DNA of 64,000 bases, taken from positions 51,281 through 115,280 of the forward strand of contig JAOAJX010000004.1 of assembly GCA_026413945.1 (NCBI GenBank). Reading direction: 5' to 3'. How positions within the stretch are numbered: the first letter of the stretch is position 1; each line of letters begins with the position of its first letter. Of the stretch, positions 18,146 through 27,395 are shown in pieces. This DNA comes from Candidatus Iainarchaeum sp. GTDB lineage: Archaea; Iainarchaeota; Iainarchaeia; Iainarchaeales; DTGL01. A program made the translations under genes and the position numbers. The notes under the pieces were generated by a model. It searched no databases. It worked only from the letters and a program-made list of their open reading frames with translations, and was not told the origin of the DNA.

Positions 18146-18565
18146 TCAATTAAAAGGTTTTAAAGCTAGGGGATAAAGTTCTTTTAGCCTTACTTTTTTT
18201 GTTTTTGACACTATAACCCAAGGATTTCCAAAACTGCTGATAAAATGCCTACATGCACCGCAGGGCCTTATTATTTGCCATTTTTGGCTTTTCCTGTCTG
18301 GCATGTGAACCGCAACAATAGTTTTTATTCTTCTCTCACCTGAGGAAAACATAGATGCTATGGCTGCTGGCTCAGCACAAATAGATGTTGGGGACGAAAG
18401 GTAATTTTTGATATTAGTAGCAGCAAATACATTGCCATTGGCAGATAAAAGCGCTGCTCCCACTGATGCAGAAATTGATTTAGTCTCTAACCTGTTATTC
18501 ATTATAACATTAAGGGCTATCTCAATCAATTTCTTATCTTCATTAGTCAATTTTGCACTGCGCAT
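18146..18565 (-). CDS. Cytidine deaminase (three-Cys, CDA/blasticidin-S-deaminase type)
   Basis: VGAAL, CAE, PCGACR. Confidence 0.88.
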   Translation of the reverse strand: MRSAKLTNEDKKLIEIALNVIMNNRLETKSISASVGAALLSANGNVFAATNIKNYLSSPTSICAEPAAIASMFSSGERRIKTIVAVHMPDRKSQKWQIIRPCGACRHFISSFGNPWVIVSKTKKVRLKELYPLALKPFN

Positions 18566-18610
18566 AATCTTTTTTTTGCTGAAAAGAATAAAAATGTAAC
18601 TAATACTAAG

Positions 18611-19054
18611 TCATGGCCTATTCTTGGTCGAAACGTTCATTACTTTATTAAATCTTGAGCAAACAGTTATTTTTCTTTTTTCAATATCACAAAGCCAAAT
18701 GCAAAGTTTTTTGTTGTTGAATTCGCTGGGAAAGTATTTAGGCCTTGTAATAGGCCCAAACGATTTTGCAAAACATTTCCTGTACAAGCTTAGCGAATTT
18801 GAAGGTATTACAAAAACATACTTGTCAACAAAAGGCAAATAAGCAAGCTTTTCTCTGAGCTTGCCTTTAGTTGGCCTACATAGGATTTCAAACCCAAAGA
18901 AGCTGCCGTTGATCTCAGCAAAAATGTCATATGAGCCGGTTCTTCTGGGTGAAAGTGAAACCGATTGCTCTGTTTTGATATTCTTTGCACACAGTTGCCG
19001 TAATTTTTTCTCGGTTGCTTTATACATTACTTGCTCAATAAAGCTGCCTGCCAT
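18611..19054 (-). CDS. Hypothetical protein, possible PD-(D/E)xK fold
   Basis: TE...YDIFAE...GFEIL pattern; basic protein. Confidence 0.5.
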   Translation of the reverse strand: MAGSFIEQVMYKATEKKLRQLCAKNIKTEQSVSLSPRRTGSYDIFAEINGSFFGFEILCRPTKGKLREKLAYLPFVDKYVFVIPSNSLSLYRKCFAKSFGPITRPKYFPSEFNNKKLCIWLCDIEKRKITVCSRFNKVMNVSTKNRP

Positions 19055-19057
19055 TTA

Positions 19058-20080
19058 CTAAACACCTGCAAAAAGAAGCAAAAATAATACATACGTTGAA
19101 TATAGAATTAAAACATGCTTGCGCGAGAGCTTTCTTTTAATGAAAATCATAATGGATATTAGTAACATCAAAAGAAAAGCTATAGCTGATTTAATTATCA
19201 GTGAGCTTGACACAGAAAATTCCCTGGCAATTGCTGCTACACCAACAACAAAAAAGCTATTTGTTATGCAACTACCAAATATATTTCCGAGGAGAAGGCC
19301 GCCTTTATTTTGCTTAGCTGCACTTACAGTAACACTTAACTCAGGCAAAGTTGTACCAATTGCCAAAATTGCACCTATAAAAGCAGCGCTAACATTAAGA
19401 TTCGTGGCAATTTTAATTGCAGAGTTGACCATAAAATCTGCACTTATAAAAACTACTATCAAAGAAACTGCAAGTATAAAAAACTCTCTAAAAAGCTCTT
19501 TTTTGATGGATTTGCCAGTGCTTCCCTTTCTAACTGTTATTGCGCTGCCATTCATAACTTGGTGCAAATATCTAGCTGTTATAAAATAATTGATAAAATC
19601 AATAAAGTCGTTTTCATTTTTTCGTTCTTTTTTTGTAAAGAAAAGAAAGCTAACATATGCAGTAAAAAGAAGCAGTAAAGCAACTCCATCAATCCAAGAT
19701 ACGGTAAAGCCAATGCTCATCACAGACATTAGAAGTGTTATCGCAAAAGCCATTATTGTTATGTCCCTTTTTATAAGCAACTTGTTTACAGCAATAGTCG
19801 AAAAAAGCAAACCAGTACCTAAAACAAGTGTAAGGTTGCTCATGTTAGCACCAACCACATTTCCTATTATCAGTTCGCCATTTCCACGAAGTGCGGAAAA
19901 AATCCCTGATATTATCTCTGGCAGCGAGGTACCAACGGCAATGATTGTGAGACCTATAACAAGCTCGCTTACAGATAGAATCTTAGCAATATTTACACTT
20001 GATTTTACAGCGTGCTCAGATGCTTTTACAAGGAAGAATAATGAGGCAATTAAAGTGGCTGATAAAAGCAAAATGTCCAT
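19058..20080 (-). CDS. Ca2+:cation (Na+/Ca2+) antiporter, YrbG family
   Basis: Alpha repeats GTSLPE...GNVVGAN and GTTLPE...GNIFGS. Confidence 0.93.
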   Translation of the reverse strand: MDILLLSATLIASLFFLVKASEHAVKSSVNIAKILSVSELVIGLTIIAVGTSLPEIISGIFSALRGNGELIIGNVVGANMSNLTLVLGTGLLFSTIAVNKLLIKRDITIMAFAITLLMSVMSIGFTVSWIDGVALLLLFTAYVSFLFFTKKERKNENDFIDFINYFITARYLHQVMNGSAITVRKGSTGKSIKKELFREFFILAVSLIVVFISADFMVNSAIKIATNLNVSAAFIGAILAIGTTLPELSVTVSAAKQNKGGLLLGNIFGSCITNSFFVVGVAAIAREFSVSSSLIIKSAIAFLLMLLISIMIFIKRKLSRKHVLILYSTYVLFLLLFAGV

Positions 20081-20179
20081 AATATTAGATGAATTGGTGA
20101 ACTTTAAAATTATAACCTCGCTTTAAAATAAAGATTACTTTGCATACTGATTTAAATATCATTTAAACATATTTTTAGC

Positions 20180-20893
20180 ATGGAAGAAAAAAGCAATGGT
20201 TTGGAACAAAAAAATGTTGACCTCGTTGGGTTGATAGAGCAACCAACGTGGAAAACTATATTGATAGATCTTGTGAAAAGGGAAAAGATGGATGTATGGG
20301 CAATAGACATAATTGAACTTTCCCAAAAGTATTTACAAAAAATACAAGAAATGAAAGAAAACAATCTAAGGATCCCAGCCAATGCGATGCTTGCATGTGC
20401 AATTCTTCTTAAGCTAAAATCCAGAACCATCAGGTTGCCTACTGAAGAACCAGAGCAGGAGCCTTTGCCAGAAATAGGCGAACTGCCAGAGCTGAAGCCG
20501 ATAAGCAGAATAAAGGAACGCAGCGTTACTCTTGATGAGCTTCTTGAAGAAATTGAAGCAGTTATTGAGAAGACAAAAAGCAAGATGGCGATTCAGGAAA
20601 GGAAAGAAATTATTGCAATAGACGTTCCAACAATGATTAAGCATGACCTGGGGAAAAAGATTGAGGAATTGTATGAAAAGATTACTAAAAGCGCAGATGA
20701 GCAGGGCCTTGTCCTATTCTCGCAGATTGTGGATAAAAGCACATTGCTTGAGGTAGTAACAACATTCATATGCTTATTATTTTTAGCATCTGATGCTCGC
20801 ATAAATTTATGGCAAGAAACATTCTTTGGTGAAATTTTTATTGCAATTATAAAGAACAATGGGGATGAAAGAAACAATAAAACATCTAGTTAA
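20180..20893 (+). CDS. scpA: Segregation and condensation protein A (kleisin)
   Basis: MDVWAIDI, LLKLKS, VTLDELL, F-x2-LLFL...LWQETFFGEI. Confidence 0.9.
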   Translation: MEEKSNGLEQKNVDLVGLIEQPTWKTILIDLVKREKMDVWAIDIIELSQKYLQKIQEMKENNLRIPANAMLACAILLKLKSRTIRLPTEEPEQEPLPEIGELPELKPISRIKERSVTLDELLEEIEAVIEKTKSKMAIQERKEIIAIDVPTMIKHDLGKKIEELYEKITKSADEQGLVLFSQIVDKSTLLEVVTTFICLLFLASDARINLWQETFFGEIFIAIIKNNGDERNNKTSS

Positions 20894-20896
20894 AAA

Positions 20897-21736
20897 GTGG
20901 TTGATATGGAAAAGCTGATGTTTGGAACCGCTGGAATACCTCTTAGCGCAAAACCATACAACACTATTGAGGGTATAAAAAAAGTAAGGGCTTTAGGATT
21001 AGAAGCAATGGAGCTTGAATTTGTGAGGAATATAAATGTAAGTGAAAATTCAGCGCCGGATGTTAAGAAAACCGCTGAAAGCAATGATATTGTCCTTACA
21101 TGCCATGCATCTTATTTCATAAATCTAAACTCAGCAGAAAATGCTAAGCAAGAAGCAAGTGTTGAGCGCCTTAAGAAAGGTGCAATTAGAGCTTACGAGT
21201 GCGGAGCATTCAGCATATGCTTCCACGCTGGTTTCTATCAGAACAAAACGCCAGCTGAAACCTACAAGAAAATAAGGGTGGAATTAGAAAATATAGTTGA
21301 GTTTCTCAAGAATAGTGGAGCAAAAATATGGCTAAGGCCTGAAACCACGGGCAAAAGCTCGCAGTTTGGTTCGCTTGATGAGATACTTTCTCTTAGTTCT
21401 GAAATTGATGGTGTGATGCCTTGTGTGGACTTCTCGCATATGCACGCAAGGAATGGTGGCAAGATTAACTCATACAAAGAGTTTGTAGAGGTTTTAGAAA
21501 AAATAGAGAAAGCACTTGGAAGAATGGCATTGAACAAAATGCATATTCATGTATCAGGAATTGAATATACTGATAAGGGAGAAAGGAACCACTTAAATCT
21601 TCCTGAATCTGATTTGAATTATAAGGATTTACTTAAGGCGCTAAAGGATTTTAATTGCAAAGGTGTAATTATAAGCGAAAGCCCAAATATTGAGCTTGAT
21701 GCTATGCTGATGAAAAAAACATATGAAAAACTTTGA
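20897..21736 (+). CDS. Endonuclease IV-like TIM-barrel nuclease
   Basis: HASYFINLNS, FHAG, PETTGK, DFSHMHAR, HIHVSGIEY, ISESP. Confidence 0.92.
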   Translation: MVDMEKLMFGTAGIPLSAKPYNTIEGIKKVRALGLEAMELEFVRNINVSENSAPDVKKTAESNDIVLTCHASYFINLNSAENAKQEASVERLKKGAIRAYECGAFSICFHAGFYQNKTPAETYKKIRVELENIVEFLKNSGAKIWLRPETTGKSSQFGSLDEILSLSSEIDGVMPCVDFSHMHARNGGKINSYKEFVEVLEKIEKALGRMALNKMHIHVSGIEYTDKGERNHLNLPESDLNYKDLLKALKDFNCKGVIISESPNIELDAMLMKKTYEKL

Positions 21737-21743
21737 ATTGCAT

Positions 21744-22274
21744 TTATGCCAATTTAAGGCCTTTAAGGACTGTAAATGCAACTAATGAGCCAGCTAAAGC
21801 TGTAATTAATTGCATCAAAGACATTGGAAACAAAAGAGCTTTTGGAATTAATGAAAATTGGATAAGGGTAAATGCTGAAAGCCCCAGCCATGTGGCCTTC
21901 AAAGCTGATGCCAAAACAGCCTTTATGTAAAAAGGCCTTTTGGCCATTTTTTTGAATACAAAAACTAGTGCAAAGTTACCCAACCAGATGAAGGGCACTA
22001 GCAAGATAACATATCGTGTCAAATTGCCGAAAAGTAGGCCTGCGCTTACAACACCCAATGAAGGCAGGAGAACTACTGGTAAGGTGTAATGCAGTTTAAG
22101 GCGCAATGCTGAAACAACAAGCATAGTATTTACAAGAATACCAACGATAAGCTGTTGTTGCGAATGACTCAAAACAAAGGGCAAAAAAAAGCAAAAAAGG
22201 CCATAGCAAATGCCTTCGAGCATCTTATAAAACTCAGAGTATTTGGAGATACCTGAATATGAAAAGGATTGCAT
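21744..22274 (-). CDS. ECF-transporter S-component-like membrane protein
   Basis: 176 aa with about 6 TM segments; Q-x-IVG-x-LVN, PFIW-x-GN and QLITAL-x-G motifs. Confidence 0.65.
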   Translation of the reverse strand: MQSFSYSGISKYSEFYKMLEGICYGLFCFFLPFVLSHSQQQLIVGILVNTMLVVSALRLKLHYTLPVVLLPSLGVVSAGLLFGNLTRYVILLVPFIWLGNFALVFVFKKMAKRPFYIKAVLASALKATWLGLSAFTLIQFSLIPKALLFPMSLMQLITALAGSLVAFTVLKGLKLA

Positions 22275-22335
22275 TTAGCTCACCCATAAATAAATGCAGC
22301 TCTGCTTTAAATATTTTGCTGTTTTTCTTTTCTTT

Positions 22336-22755
22336 ATGGAAAACAAAAAGAAAGCCCTGCTTTTAAACGAACTTGGAAAAGCCCAAAAAAGGGAGGGGCG
22401 ACTTTCCAAAAAAGAGCTTGCAAAGATTGCTAAAAAAGTCTGTATGCCTGAAAACGAGGTTTTCAGCACCGCTACCTTTTATTCTTTCCTCACACTTGAA
22501 AAGAGAGCTAAGCACAGCATACTTTTGTGCAATTGCCCAGCAGAGTACCTTAGAAGCTCAGACAAAATATCCAAATATTTGGAAAAAAAGTTGAAAGTAA
22601 AGCTAGGGCAAACTACAAAGGACAAAAAAATTTATCTCGGAATGACCTCTTGCATTGGCCTCTGTGATAAAGCACCTGCTTTGTTGGTAGATGGAAAACC
22701 CGTTGTTAATGTAACAACTAAAAAAATTGATGAACTGCTGAGGTCGCTCAAATGA
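22336..22755 (+). CDS. [FeFe]-hydrogenase gamma subunit (NuoE-like, HydC)
   Basis: ATFYSFL, CIGLCDKAP; first Cys pair atypical (CNCPAE). Confidence 0.88.
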   Translation: MENKKKALLLNELGKAQKREGRLSKKELAKIAKKVCMPENEVFSTATFYSFLTLEKRAKHSILLCNCPAEYLRSSDKISKYLEKKLKVKLGQTTKDKKIYLGMTSCIGLCDKAPALLVDGKPVVNVTTKKIDELLRSLK

Positions 22756-23873
22756 CAGAGAAAAAGATACTTTTTGACTCAGCTCTCAAAGGAGCGGGAA
22801 TTGCTTTAAGTAAAACACCTACAGAAGTAATTGAGGTAGTAAAAAACTCTGGTTTAAGAGGTCGTGGGGGTGCTGGGTTTCCAACAGGCCTTAAATGGGA
22901 AATAGCAGCAAAATCACAAGGTGAACACTACATCATATGCAATGCAGATGAGGGTGAACCTGGTACTTTTAAAGACCGTCTTATATTATCAACAGTTCCA
23001 TTAAATGTAATTGAAGGCATAATAATTGCAAGCCATGCTGTTGGGGCCAAGCAAGCATATATTTACCTTCGTGGAGAATACAACTATTTCTTGCCGAAGA
23101 TCAGAAAAGCAATAAAAAAAGCAAGGCCACTAATGGAAAAAATAGAGCTAAATTTAGATATTGTGGTTGGTCAAGGAGCCTATATCTGTGGGGAGGAAAC
23201 TGCGATATTGAATTCTATAGAGGGACATAGGCCAGAACCAAGAAAAAGGCCGCCATATCCTGCTGAGAAAGGCCTATATGGTTCTCCAACAGTTGTAAAT
23301 AATGTTGAGACCCTCGCAATGGTTCCATTGATATTTCTCGGCATATTTGATCCAAAAAAGCGCCTTTGCTCACTTTCTGGTGATGTTGAAAAACCAGGAG
23401 TTTTTGAAATACTCGAAGGCAAACAAATAGGGAAAATATTGGAAGAGGCTAAGCCAATAGGCATACCAAAAGCGATTTGTTTTGGTGCTTCCGGTGGCAT
23501 AATGCCGTATGATCCTTGCATGGAAATAACTGAGGAGAATATCAAGGAAAGAGGCTGTTTCTTTGGTTCTGGGACAATAATTATTGTGAATCACACGCAT
23601 TCCATAGTAGAGCTTTGCGAAAGCATACAAAAGTTTTTTGTGCATGAGTCATGCGGCTACTGCATGTCATGCCGCGAAGGTTCAAAAAGGATGCTTGAGT
23701 ATATTAAAAGAATTTCGGCTGGAAAGGCCACAATGAAAGACCTCAATAAGTTAGAAGAGCTTTGCAATTTTGTATCTGTTGCATCTTTTTGTGCTTTAGG
23801 CAGGTCAATGCCATTGCATATATTAACAGCATTGAGACATTTCAGAGAGGAGTTTGTGAGAAAATGCAGATAA
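22752..23873 (+). CDS. [FeFe]-hydrogenase diaphorase subunit (NuoF-like, HydB), short form
   Basis: GLRGRGGAGFPTG, CNADEGEPGTFKDR, GAYICGEETA, SCGYCMSCR...FCALG. Confidence 0.93.
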   Translation: MTEKKILFDSALKGAGIALSKTPTEVIEVVKNSGLRGRGGAGFPTGLKWEIAAKSQGEHYIICNADEGEPGTFKDRLILSTVPLNVIEGIIIASHAVGAKQAYIYLRGEYNYFLPKIRKAIKKARPLMEKIELNLDIVVGQGAYICGEETAILNSIEGHRPEPRKRPPYPAEKGLYGSPTVVNNVETLAMVPLIFLGIFDPKKRLCSLSGDVEKPGVFEILEGKQIGKILEEAKPIGIPKAICFGASGGIMPYDPCMEITEENIKERGCFFGSGTIIIVNHTHSIVELCESIQKFFVHESCGYCMSCREGSKRMLEYIKRISAGKATMKDLNKLEELCNFVSVASFCALGRSMPLHILTALRHFREEFVRKCR

Positions 23874-25564
23874 CTATTGATGGAAAAATTTTAGAATTTC
23901 ACAAAGGCCAAACAATACTTGATATTGCACGCACAAATAAGATTGAGATACCAACGCTATGTTACCACAAGATGTTAAAGCCCGAGGGAAGATGTAGGGT
24001 CTGCTTAGTAGAAGCAAACAGTAAAATTGTAACTGCTTGTGATACACTTGCAGAAGACAATATGCAAGTAGTTACTACTTCTGAAAGAATTAGAAGGTTA
24101 AGGTTAGAGGCACTAAATCTGATAGCCTCGACTGTGCCAAAAGAAACCTTAAGGAAAGAAAATGAATTAACTAAAACGATGCGCCTTGTTGGATTTAAGA
24201 AGCCGACTTATAAGCATAATATTGTAAAGGACAAAGATAAGTCAAGTGCAGCCATTTGGAAGAGTATGGATGAATGCATTGTTTGCGGTAGATGCGTTCA
24301 AGCCTGCTCAAAAATGCAAACAGTTAACGCTCTCTCATATATGGGTAGGGGATATTCTACAATAGTTGTCGGCAGTGAAAACCAGCCACTAAAAGATACA
24401 ACTTGTGTCTCCTGTGGCCAATGCTCTTTATTTTGCCCAACAGATGCAATAACCGAAGCTTCTGATATAAGCAAAGTAGAAAAGGCCTTAAGATTGAAAA
24501 GTAAGATTAAGGTTGTTCAAGTAGCACCATCTGTAAGGGTTTCGGTTGGAGAATTTTTTGGCCTTGAACCGGGCACGATAGTAACAGGGCAGATAGTCGC
24601 TTCATTGAAGAAGCTTGGTTTCGACGCAGTTTTTGATACTAATCTATCGGCAGATCTCACTATAGTGGAGGAAGCGAAAGAATTTGTGGACAGGTTCAAA
24701 AAGGGTAATTTGCCAATGTTTACAAGCTGCTGTCCAGCGTGGATTGATTTCTGTTGTGAATTTTATCCGGAATTTATAAATAAACTTTCAAATACCAAAA
24801 GCCCGCAGATGATGCTTGGTGCTTTGATAAAAACATACTATGCAAAAAGGTTAGGTTTAAAGCCGAGCGATATAATAAGCGTTTCAATAATGCCGTGTAC
24901 TGCAAAGAAAAGGGAGGCTAAACTGAAGAACATAAATGCCTCGAATGTAAAAGACATTGATTATGTGCTAACAACGAGAGAACTAGGTCAATGGCTTAAG
25001 AGCAAAAAAATCAACCCTGCAAAGCTTTTGCCCGCTGAATTTGATTGCCCCCTCGGAGAAAGCACAGGCGGGGGTGCACTTTTTGGTGTTACTGGAGGTG
25101 TTATGGAAGCAGCATTAAGGACTGCATATTTTTATATTAAAGGCGAGGAAATGAAAGATCCAAAAATAGAGCCGATTAGAGGAACTAAAAGCTTAAGGGA
25201 ATTTGAAGTGAACATCGGTAAAAATAAGGTTAAAGGCGCGGTTGCACATACTTTGGAACGAGCAAGAGAGATTATAGAAAGGATAAAAAAAGGTGAAAGT
25301 TTTGATTTTGTAGAAGTTATGGCTTGTCCTGGCGGGTGTATTGGCGGCGGCGGTCAACCAAAGCCAGTTGATTGGGAAGCGATTGAGAAAAGAGCAAAAG
25401 CAATTTACTCAATAGATGAAAACAAAAAGATAAGGTTATGTCACCAAAACCCCGATTTGAAGAGGGTTTACGAAACATTCTTGCAGAAACCTGGATCAAA
25501 AAAAGCAAAAGCATTGCTTCATAGAAAATACCCTAAGAGAGGTAAACCGCAACAGCAAGATTAA
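23864..25564 (+). CDS. hydA: [FeFe]-hydrogenase catalytic subunit (group A, HydA)
   Basis: H-cluster motifs TSCCPAW, MPCTAKKREA, EVMACPGGCIGGGGQP; N-terminal 2Fe-2S and 2x[4Fe-4S] motifs. Confidence 0.97.
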   Translation: MQITIDGKILEFHKGQTILDIARTNKIEIPTLCYHKMLKPEGRCRVCLVEANSKIVTACDTLAEDNMQVVTTSERIRRLRLEALNLIASTVPKETLRKENELTKTMRLVGFKKPTYKHNIVKDKDKSSAAIWKSMDECIVCGRCVQACSKMQTVNALSYMGRGYSTIVVGSENQPLKDTTCVSCGQCSLFCPTDAITEASDISKVEKALRLKSKIKVVQVAPSVRVSVGEFFGLEPGTIVTGQIVASLKKLGFDAVFDTNLSADLTIVEEAKEFVDRFKKGNLPMFTSCCPAWIDFCCEFYPEFINKLSNTKSPQMMLGALIKTYYAKRLGLKPSDIISVSIMPCTAKKREAKLKNINASNVKDIDYVLTTRELGQWLKSKKINPAKLLPAEFDCPLGESTGGGALFGVTGGVMEAALRTAYFYIKGEEMKDPKIEPIRGTKSLREFEVNIGKNKVKGAVAHTLERAREIIERIKKGESFDFVEVMACPGGCIGGGGQPKPVDWEAIEKRAKAIYSIDENKKIRLCHQNPDLKRVYETFLQKPGSKKAKALLHRKYPKRGKPQQQD

Positions 25565-25567
25565 AAA

Positions 25568-26242
25568 TTATTTTTTTATCTTTTTTTTCATTACAAGCTC
25601 AATCACTGATTTTATTTTTTTGTAATTATTTTCTACTTCATCATCAACATCTATTTCTTTCAAGATACCTTTTTTCTGATAGTGCTCTAGCAGCGGCTTA
25701 GTTTTATTTTCATATTCACGGAAGCGCTTTATTATAGCTTCAGGCATATCATCGGCCCTAACATCCAGCTTAGAACCACACTCATCACAAATACCCTCAT
25801 TCTTTGGTTTAACACTTGCCAGGTTGTAAACCTTGGAACAGCTGGGGCAATAGAGCCTTTTTGATAAGCGCTCAACAGCTGCCTTTTCTGACAGTCTGAA
25901 GTATATCACTAAGTCAAGCTTTGCATTCAATTCAGCTAATATGTTATCAAGGTCACTTGTCTGCTTAATTGTTCTAGGATAACCATCAAGGATAAAGCCA
26001 TTTTTTATTTGGCTTTTCTTTAGCTTCTCAAGAAGAAGTTTCTTTGTATTTTCATCGTCCAAGAGTTTTCCTTCTTTTATAAGTGCTTCAAACATTTCCT
26101 TGAATTTTTTGTCGGTAGCTATTTTTTCCCTTATTATATCACCAGTTGAAAAATGAGCTAAGCCATATTCTTCAAAAATTTTTTTTGCCATGGTGCTTTT
26201 TCCCGAACCGGGCGGTCCCATAAAGACAAAATACATTGCCAT
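25568..26242 (-). CDS. adk: Adenylate kinase (long zinc-LID type)
   Basis: GPPGSGKST, STGDIIR, LDGYPRT, CPSC...CDEC, RADD. Confidence 0.95.
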   Translation of the reverse strand: MAMYFVFMGPPGSGKSTMAKKIFEEYGLAHFSTGDIIREKIATDKKFKEMFEALIKEGKLLDDENTKKLLLEKLKKSQIKNGFILDGYPRTIKQTSDLDNILAELNAKLDLVIYFRLSEKAAVERLSKRLYCPSCSKVYNLASVKPKNEGICDECGSKLDVRADDMPEAIIKRFREYENKTKPLLEHYQKKGILKEIDVDDEVENNYKKIKSVIELVMKKKIKK

Positions 26243-26363
26243 AAAAACACCTTTGAATTAAAGTAAGTACAATATGTTTTTAATTGTTGACAAAAATCAC
26301 CCAAAAGTTTTCTTTTTATTTTAATGAAACTATTAAAAAGGCAAAAGCATTATCTTCCTATAT

Positions 26364-27389
26364 ATGACTGAGCCTGTTAATATGGGCCGCACTGAACAAA
26401 CACAGGCCCCAAAAAAATATCCTCCAAGGGCTGCAGCAAATCGCATCACTGATAGAGTGCCAACTGCTGGGCCAGAAGAAACCATTCGACAAATAAAGGA
26501 AAAACTTTATGAGAAAGCAAATATATTCGAAACAATAAGCTATATTTATGTTTTAGATTCAAACGGCTGCCTTCTTGGGCTTTTTTCAACGAAAGAACTA
26601 TTCAAAACGGGTGACTCCGTTAAGGCAGAAGAGATAATGAATACAAACATTATAAAGGCTAGACCTTATACTGATCAAGAAGAAGTGGCTTTGCTTGCAC
26701 TTAAGTACAATTTGAAATCAATACCTATAGTTGACAAAAACAACAAGTTCATGGGTGTTGTTAGGTCAAGAGCGATAATGAATATATTACAAGGAGAGCA
26801 TGTTGAGGACTTTCTCAAGTCAGCTGGTATCCGAGGTTTTGCGGCAAAAAATCTCAGCGCATCTGCTTCTCAAATGATAAAGGCTAGGGTGATGTGGCTT
26901 ATAGTTGGCCTTTTTGGTGGTGTTTTAGCCGCACATTTAACCGGCCTTTTTGAAGAGCCACTAAAGCAATATTTTATACTTGCGGCTTTTGTACCACTCA
27001 TGGTATATATGGCTGATGCTATTGGAACACAAACGCAGACTTTGTTCGTAAGGGATTTGGTAATGCGACAGCTTGTTCTTAAAAAATACCTTTTGCGTGA
27101 AATAAAAGTTGGCTTTGGGATAGCAGCACTGCTTGGCCTTTTGCTTTACATAATAACAATATTTTGGTCAAAAAATTATTTTATAGCACTTATTTTGGGG
27201 CTTTCAATGTTTTTAACTGGCTTTGTTGCAATTTTCGTGCCAATTGCAATAATACTTATCCTCAATAAGCTTGGCCTTGACCCCGCAATTGGCTCGGGAC
27301 CATTTGCAACAATTATTCAAGATGTCTTAACTTTAGCCATTTATTTTGCAATAGCTTCAACAATGCTTAATTTAATGCCAATGAACTGA
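26364..27389 (+). CDS. mgtE: Magnesium transporter MgtE (CBS pair plus TM domain)
   Basis: YIYVLD, DQEEVA, GTQTQT, DPAIGSGPFATIIQD. Confidence 0.93.
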   Translation: MTEPVNMGRTEQTQAPKKYPPRAAANRITDRVPTAGPEETIRQIKEKLYEKANIFETISYIYVLDSNGCLLGLFSTKELFKTGDSVKAEEIMNTNIIKARPYTDQEEVALLALKYNLKSIPIVDKNNKFMGVVRSRAIMNILQGEHVEDFLKSAGIRGFAAKNLSASASQMIKARVMWLIVGLFGGVLAAHLTGLFEEPLKQYFILAAFVPLMVYMADAIGTQTQTLFVRDLVMRQLVLKKYLLREIKVGFGIAALLGLLLYIITIFWSKNYFIALILGLSMFLTGFVAIFVPIAIILILNKLGLDPAIGSGPFATIIQDVLTLAIYFAIASTMLNLMPMN

Positions 27390-27395
27390 TTCAAT

